From contig PDTV01000011.1 in NCBI GenBank assembly GCA_002747185.1, positions 6,216-70,215 on the forward strand: DNA of 64,000 nucleotides, in the 5' to 3' direction. This DNA is from Candidatus Contendibacter odensensis. Lineage in GTDB: Bacteria; Pseudomonadota; Gammaproteobacteria; Competibacterales; Competibacteraceae. Numbering within the stretch: position 1 is the first letter of the stretch; every line of letters begins with the position of its first letter. Both the position numbers and the translations under genes were made by a program. The notes beneath the pieces were generated by a model. That model made no database searches. It saw only the letters and a list, made by a program, of their open reading frames with translations, and was not told the origin of the DNA. Positions 60,100-64,000 of the stretch are shown here, in pieces.

Positions 60100-60117
60100 A
60101 GTTGATTCCGCTATATT
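60100..60117. repeat. Right copy of the 18-nt direct repeat (agttgAttccgctatatt), candidate att site
   Basis: It matches 56442-56459 at 17 of 18 positions. It lies 140 nt outside the start of the integrase relic. Confidence 0.4.
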
Positions 60118-60394
60118 ACAGGGTGCTGTACTGCCACACTGCGCTTTGCTGATAAATTTCAAGCCCGTTCCACGACGACCGTTGACTGCCTCTGGATTCC
60201 AGTCCGCCGGGCAATATCAGGCACACTGAACAGGTCAAACACCACCGGCAATCTGGCTAGCACCCATCTAAAAAAACATTGATTGATTCAGTGAAGCTTC
60301 AGATCCAGGCACTACAATAATTATCGGGCCGCTAGTAACCAGATATTTTGTCACTAATGTTCAATCCAGTTGAGTAATGGGGAATTAATAACTT

Positions 60395-60862
60395 ATGAAC
60401 AAGTACTTGCGAGTTTATCTGATCGGTGGATTAATCGGTTTGGGCACAGTGATAACCACCAATGCTAGCAGCCCCAGGCCGGAAGAAGCGGTCCATTACC
60501 GTCAATCCGTTTTTACGATTACCAAATGGAATTTTATACCCATCGGCGCGATGGTTAGGGGTAAAATCCCGTTTGATGCAGCAGCAGTGGCTCGTCATGC
60601 CCAATATATTGAAATGATGAGCAACGCTGCATTAGAGGGATTTCCCAAAGGTACTGGCCCGGATGTTGTTAAAGATACCGAAGCGCTACCGGAAATTTGG
60701 GCGAAACGTGAAAAATTTGAAGCCGCCATGACTGATTTTCAGCAAGCCTCCAGTAAACTGGCTGAAGCGGCCCGATCTGGCGATGAAAAAGCCATCAAGG
60801 CACAATTCGGCAAAACGGCCAAAACCTGTAAGGCTTGCCACAAAGCATTTCGCAAAGACTAA
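60395..60862 (+). CDS. Cytochrome c' (class II cytochrome c)
   Basis: It has a signal peptide, four-helix-bundle-type sequence, and a single C-terminal haem motif CKACHKAFRKD. Confidence 0.85.
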   Translation: MNKYLRVYLIGGLIGLGTVITTNASSPRPEEAVHYRQSVFTITKWNFIPIGAMVRGKIPFDAAAVARHAQYIEMMSNAALEGFPKGTGPDVVKDTEALPEIWAKREKFEAAMTDFQQASSKLAEAARSGDEKAIKAQFGKTAKTCKACHKAFRKD

Positions 60863-60966
60863 ACTGTCCTTCAGGCATAAAGGCTCATCAGCACCCAATC
60901 GTTGGTGGGCTTTTCCAGCGGCTATACTGAACACATGCCCTTCATGGTAACCGGTTAATTCAATTC

Positions 60967-63900
60967 TCAATCTTTTATCACCTGCTTCCACTGTGCCTCC
61001 AAACGCTTTACCGATACCGGCATAGCTGTCTTCAACTCTTGGGCAAACTGCGAAACGCGCAATTCCTCCAGCAGCCAGCGAAAATGGATCAACTCAGCAT
61101 CATAGCGCTCCCGCTCGGCATTACGTGCCCATTGCCGCTTGCAATTCTCCCACAAGGGTAGAATCTGACTACAACGCTGCCGATCCTTGTCAGGCGCCAT
61201 ACGAAACTTCTGTATCCGCAGTTCAATCGCCCGCAAATAACGCGGCAAATGGCTCAGCCATTCTGCTGGAGTATTACTAAATGATCCCGGATAAACCAGA
61301 TGCTCCAATTGGTCATGAATATCTGTCAGTGCCTCTGCCCAAACCGGCGGTGAATCACTATTTAATACGCAACGTATCTGGTGATAAGTCGCCAAAATAG
61401 CGGCTGTGGTATCACCAACAGCTACCCGTGCAGCAGCCAGTCGTGATCTACCCTGCTCCAGCATCACCTCAAAAGCAACCCGATTGCGTGGCAATGGCCC
61501 ATCGGTCAGAAACGCACGATCAATAATGGTATTTAACACATCATCACGCAGCATTTCTTGTGTTCCCAGGCCTGTATAATGCAAGGTCATTTGTTGAAAA
61601 TGCGGCAATTTACGAATCAGTTGCCGTGCTACAGACCCCAACTGCCAAACAATCAACCGCCGAATACCGGCCCGTGTTACAACTTTAGCTCGCGGTGCTG
61701 AATCCAGTACCCGCAATGCCAATGTACCATCAGCCTCGGCAACCAATGCGGGATAACCTTTTAGCCTTACGTTATTACGAGTGAAACTGACCTCCTGTGG
61801 CAATTCGCCAAAGTCCCAGCTACGCACACCTTCCCGCTCAAACTCGGGTGTCGGTAATGCTGCAAAACTGATACGCGCCTCACCCCGCAATTGCAGTTGA
61901 ATCGTTTCCCAATCACGTCCTGCCACCAATTCCTGATCATGACTATCAACCACGCGACAACGCATCCGTAAATGTTCCGCCACTGCTGCATAATTCCAGG
62001 CATTATCAGGAATCTGTACACCGGTCATCTGATATAATCGTCCAGCCATGGCTCCAGTCAACGAACAACCATCGGCTACTACTGATTCCAGCAAGGCCTG
62101 GACATAGTTAGGCACCGGCACAAAATGGCGACGCAAGGCTTTGGGCAAACTCTTCAGCAGGGCGGCCATTCGCTCCGCCAACAATCCCGGCACCAGCCAG
62201 TCCAGCTGTTTGGGATCAATTTGATTGACCGCCGCCAATGGCACGGTCAGGGTTACACCATCATCATCTGCTCCAGGGGTAAATTGATAAGACAACGGCA
62301 GTTTCAAGTCGCCAAAATCAAGATAATCAGGAAAACGCCCGCTATCCGCTATCGGCGCTGCCTTTGCCAACACTGCATCCCGATCAAAAAACAATAACTG
62401 TGGATTATCCCGCTCGGCCTGCTTGCGCCAACGATCAAAACTCGCCCCACTGTAAATTTTTTCAGGTATCCGTTCATCGTAAAAACGATATAACGCTTCT
62501 TCATCGGCTGTCAGATCACGACGAGCACGGGTTTCCAATTCTGCCAATTCCACCAATAGTTGCCGGTTATGTCGAAAAAAGGCGGCCCCACACTGAAATT
62601 CACCCTCAACCAGGGCATAACGAATAAATAATTCCCGCGCCACTACCGGATCAAGTCGCCCATAGTTCACGCGACGATTCGTGACTACGGGCAACCCGTA
62701 TAACGTAACCCGTTCAACCGCAGCCACTTGAGCATGACGTTTTTGCCAACAGGGTGCACTGTAATGATGTTTCAATAAATGACCTGCCAAACCCTCTATC
62801 CACTCTGGCTCAATCCGTGCAACCGTACGTGCATACAGGCGAGATGTTTCCACCTGTTCGGCAGCAACCACCCAACGTGGACGCTTCCTGAATAGTCCGG
62901 ACCCCGGAAAAAGATAGACACGGCGACCATGTGCGCCCAGATAGACCTGATCCTGCGACCGTTTCAGCCCAAGATAACCCAGCAAGCCGGTCAGCAACGC
63001 CCGATGCAAATGATCATAAGGCGCTTCTGCCTCATTGCAGCGCATCCCCATCTCCGTAACCCGCCTCAACAACTCTTTATAAAGATCGTGCCACTCTCGC
63101 ATCCGCACAAAGGATAAAAAGTCTCTTCGGCATTGATTTCGCAGTTGGTTTCTGGAAAGTTGGCGTACCTGTTCATGGTAATAAGCCCATAGTTTCAGCA
63201 ATGCCAGAAAGTCAGAGTGCTCATCACGAAAACGACTGTGTTTCTCATCTGCAGCCTGCTGTTTTTCCAGTGGGCGCTCACGCGGATCTTGAATCGTCAA
63301 CGCCGATACAATCGCCAGAACCTCACGCACACAACCTTCCCGTTGTGCCGCCAGCAACATTCGCCCCAAACGGGGATCGACGGGCAATTTAGCCAATTGC
63401 CGACCCAATTCGGTAATACGCCGTTGCCCATCCATCGCCTGTAATTCAAAAAGCAGCTGGAAACCATCGCTAATTTGCCGTGACTCAGGGGGATCAACAA
63501 ATGGAAAGATTTCAGGGTGACCCAAATTCAAGGCACTCATTTGCAGAATCACGGCAGCCAGGTGAGTCCGTAAAATCTCAGGATCAGTAAAGGCTGGACG
63601 TGACCGAAAATCATCCTCGGCATACAGGCGAATACAAATACCCGCACTGATGCGACCACAACGCCCGGCCCGCTGATTGGCGCTCGCCTGGGAAATCTTC
63701 TCCACCGGTAACCGTTGAATCCGGCTGCGTGGACTGTAGCGGCTGATACGTGCTGTACCTGGATCAATAACATAGCGGATACCCGGCACAGTCAACGAAG
63801 TCTCAGCCACATTAGTTGCCAGCACAATACGTGGGCGACCATGCGGCTGAAACACACGGCTTTGTTCTGCCACGGACAGCCGCGCATACAACGGCAAAAT

Positions 63901-64000
63901 CTCGGTATTGGGTGGATGATGTTTGCGTAGACTTTCTGCCGTTTCCCGAATTTCCCGCTCACCTGAAAGAAAAATCAGAATATCACCTGGACCCTGCGCC
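60967..64000 (-). CDS. hrpA: ATP-dependent RNA helicase HrpA, 5' end outside the window
   Basis: The frame stays open to the window edge (...GDILIFLSGEREIRETAESLRKHHPPNTEILPLYARLSVAEQ, matching E. coli HrpA). The helicase C-terminal, HA2/OB and long C-terminal regions follow. Confidence 0.9.
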   Translation of the reverse strand, partial: AQGPGDILIFLSGEREIRETAESLRKHHPPNTEILPLYARLSVAEQSRVFQPHGRPRIVLATNVAETSLTVPGIRYVIDPGTARISRYSPRSRIQRLPVEKISQASANQRAGRCGRISAGICIRLYAEDDFRSRPAFTDPEILRTHLAAVILQMSALNLGHPEIFPFVDPPESRQISDGFQLLFELQAMDGQRRITELGRQLAKLPVDPRLGRMLLAAQREGCVREVLAIVSALTIQDPRERPLEKQQAADEKHSRFRDEHSDFLALLKLWAYYHEQVRQLSRNQLRNQCRRDFLSFVRMREWHDLYKELLRRVTEMGMRCNEAEAPYDHLHRALLTGLLGYLGLKRSQDQVYLGAHGRRVYLFPGSGLFRKRPRWVVAAEQVETSRLYARTVARIEPEWIEGLAGHLLKHHYSAPCWQKRHAQVAAVERVTLYGLPVVTNRRVNYGRLDPVVARELFIRYALVEGEFQCGAAFFRHNRQLLVELAELETRARRDLTADEEALYRFYDERIPEKIYSGASFDRWRKQAERDNPQLLFFDRDAVLAKAAPIADSGRFPDYLDFGDLKLPLSYQFTPGADDDGVTLTVPLAAVNQIDPKQLDWLVPGLLAERMAALLKSLPKALRRHFVPVPNYVQALLESVVADGCSLTGAMAGRLYQMTGVQIPDNAWNYAAVAEHLRMRCRVVDSHDQELVAGRDWETIQLQLRGEARISFAALPTPEFEREGVRSWDFGELPQEVSFTRNNVRLKGYPALVAEADGTLALRVLDSAPRAKVVTRAGIRRLIVWQLGSVARQLIRKLPHFQQMTLHYTGLGTQEMLRDDVLNTIIDRAFLTDGPLPRNRVAFEVMLEQGRSRLAAARVAVGDTTAAILATYHQIRCVLNSDSPPVWAEALTDIHDQLEHLVYPGSFSNTPAEWLSHLPRYLRAIELRIQKFRMAPDKDRQRCSQILPLWENCKRQWARNAERERYDAELIHFRWLLEELRVSQFAQELKTAMPVSVKRLEAQWKQVIKD

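Noticed and set aside
59961-60394. A possible tRNA or tmRNA target next to the integrase relic, for example ctggattccagtccgcc near 60202.
   Set aside because: No T-arm stem complementarity, no acceptor stem and no CCA-proximal structure could be built.

Overview
This is a densely coding chromosomal window. It looks like a non-enteric gammaproteobacterium, which I infer from CysB, Aat/Bpt, BioC/BioH, Mpl, HslO and a complete ccoNOQP plus ccoGHIS cbb3-oxidase locus. Most of it is housekeeping: glycogen genes (glgX, glgB, glgC, malQ, and pgm further on), serA with a divergent D-2-hydroxyglutarate-dehydrogenase-like oxidase, guaC-thiM, gltBD, serS, a thiolase, aat/bpt, ftsK, coaX-birA, bioHC, comF, hslO, mpl, ubiX, cytochrome c' and the 3' part of hrpA. 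I recognised no rRNA, tRNA or CRISPR array. Accessory or decayed material sits in four small patches. (i) An AT-rich two-gene module (DUF4388-like protein plus a haem-c DUF3365/HAMP protein) lies next to an internally deleted IS5-family relic at 0.8-3.0 kb. (ii) An alcohol-dehydrogenase C-terminal relic with an orphan terminator lies at 4.5-4.75 kb. (iii) An apparently intact tyrosine recombinase plus KfrA-like pair lies between gltB and serS at 25.7-28.2 kb. (iv) A roughly 3.7-kb decayed integrative element at 56.4-60.1 kb is bounded by 18-nt direct repeats and holds a truncated P4-type integrase, a frameshifted WD40 gene and an internally deleted AlbA_2/HATPase regulator. The most interesting observation is a 302-aa protein that reads as a distant Tus (replication terminus-binding) homologue. 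It is inserted with cysB between glgX and glgB, and 145 nt downstream of it is a 12-nt identity to the E. coli TerA/TerB core. Second is a translationally coupled DUF482(FemAB-like)-aat-bpt trio. All homology statements come from reading the ORF translations by eye against remembered family signatures. Nothing was searched or computed beyond hand counting.
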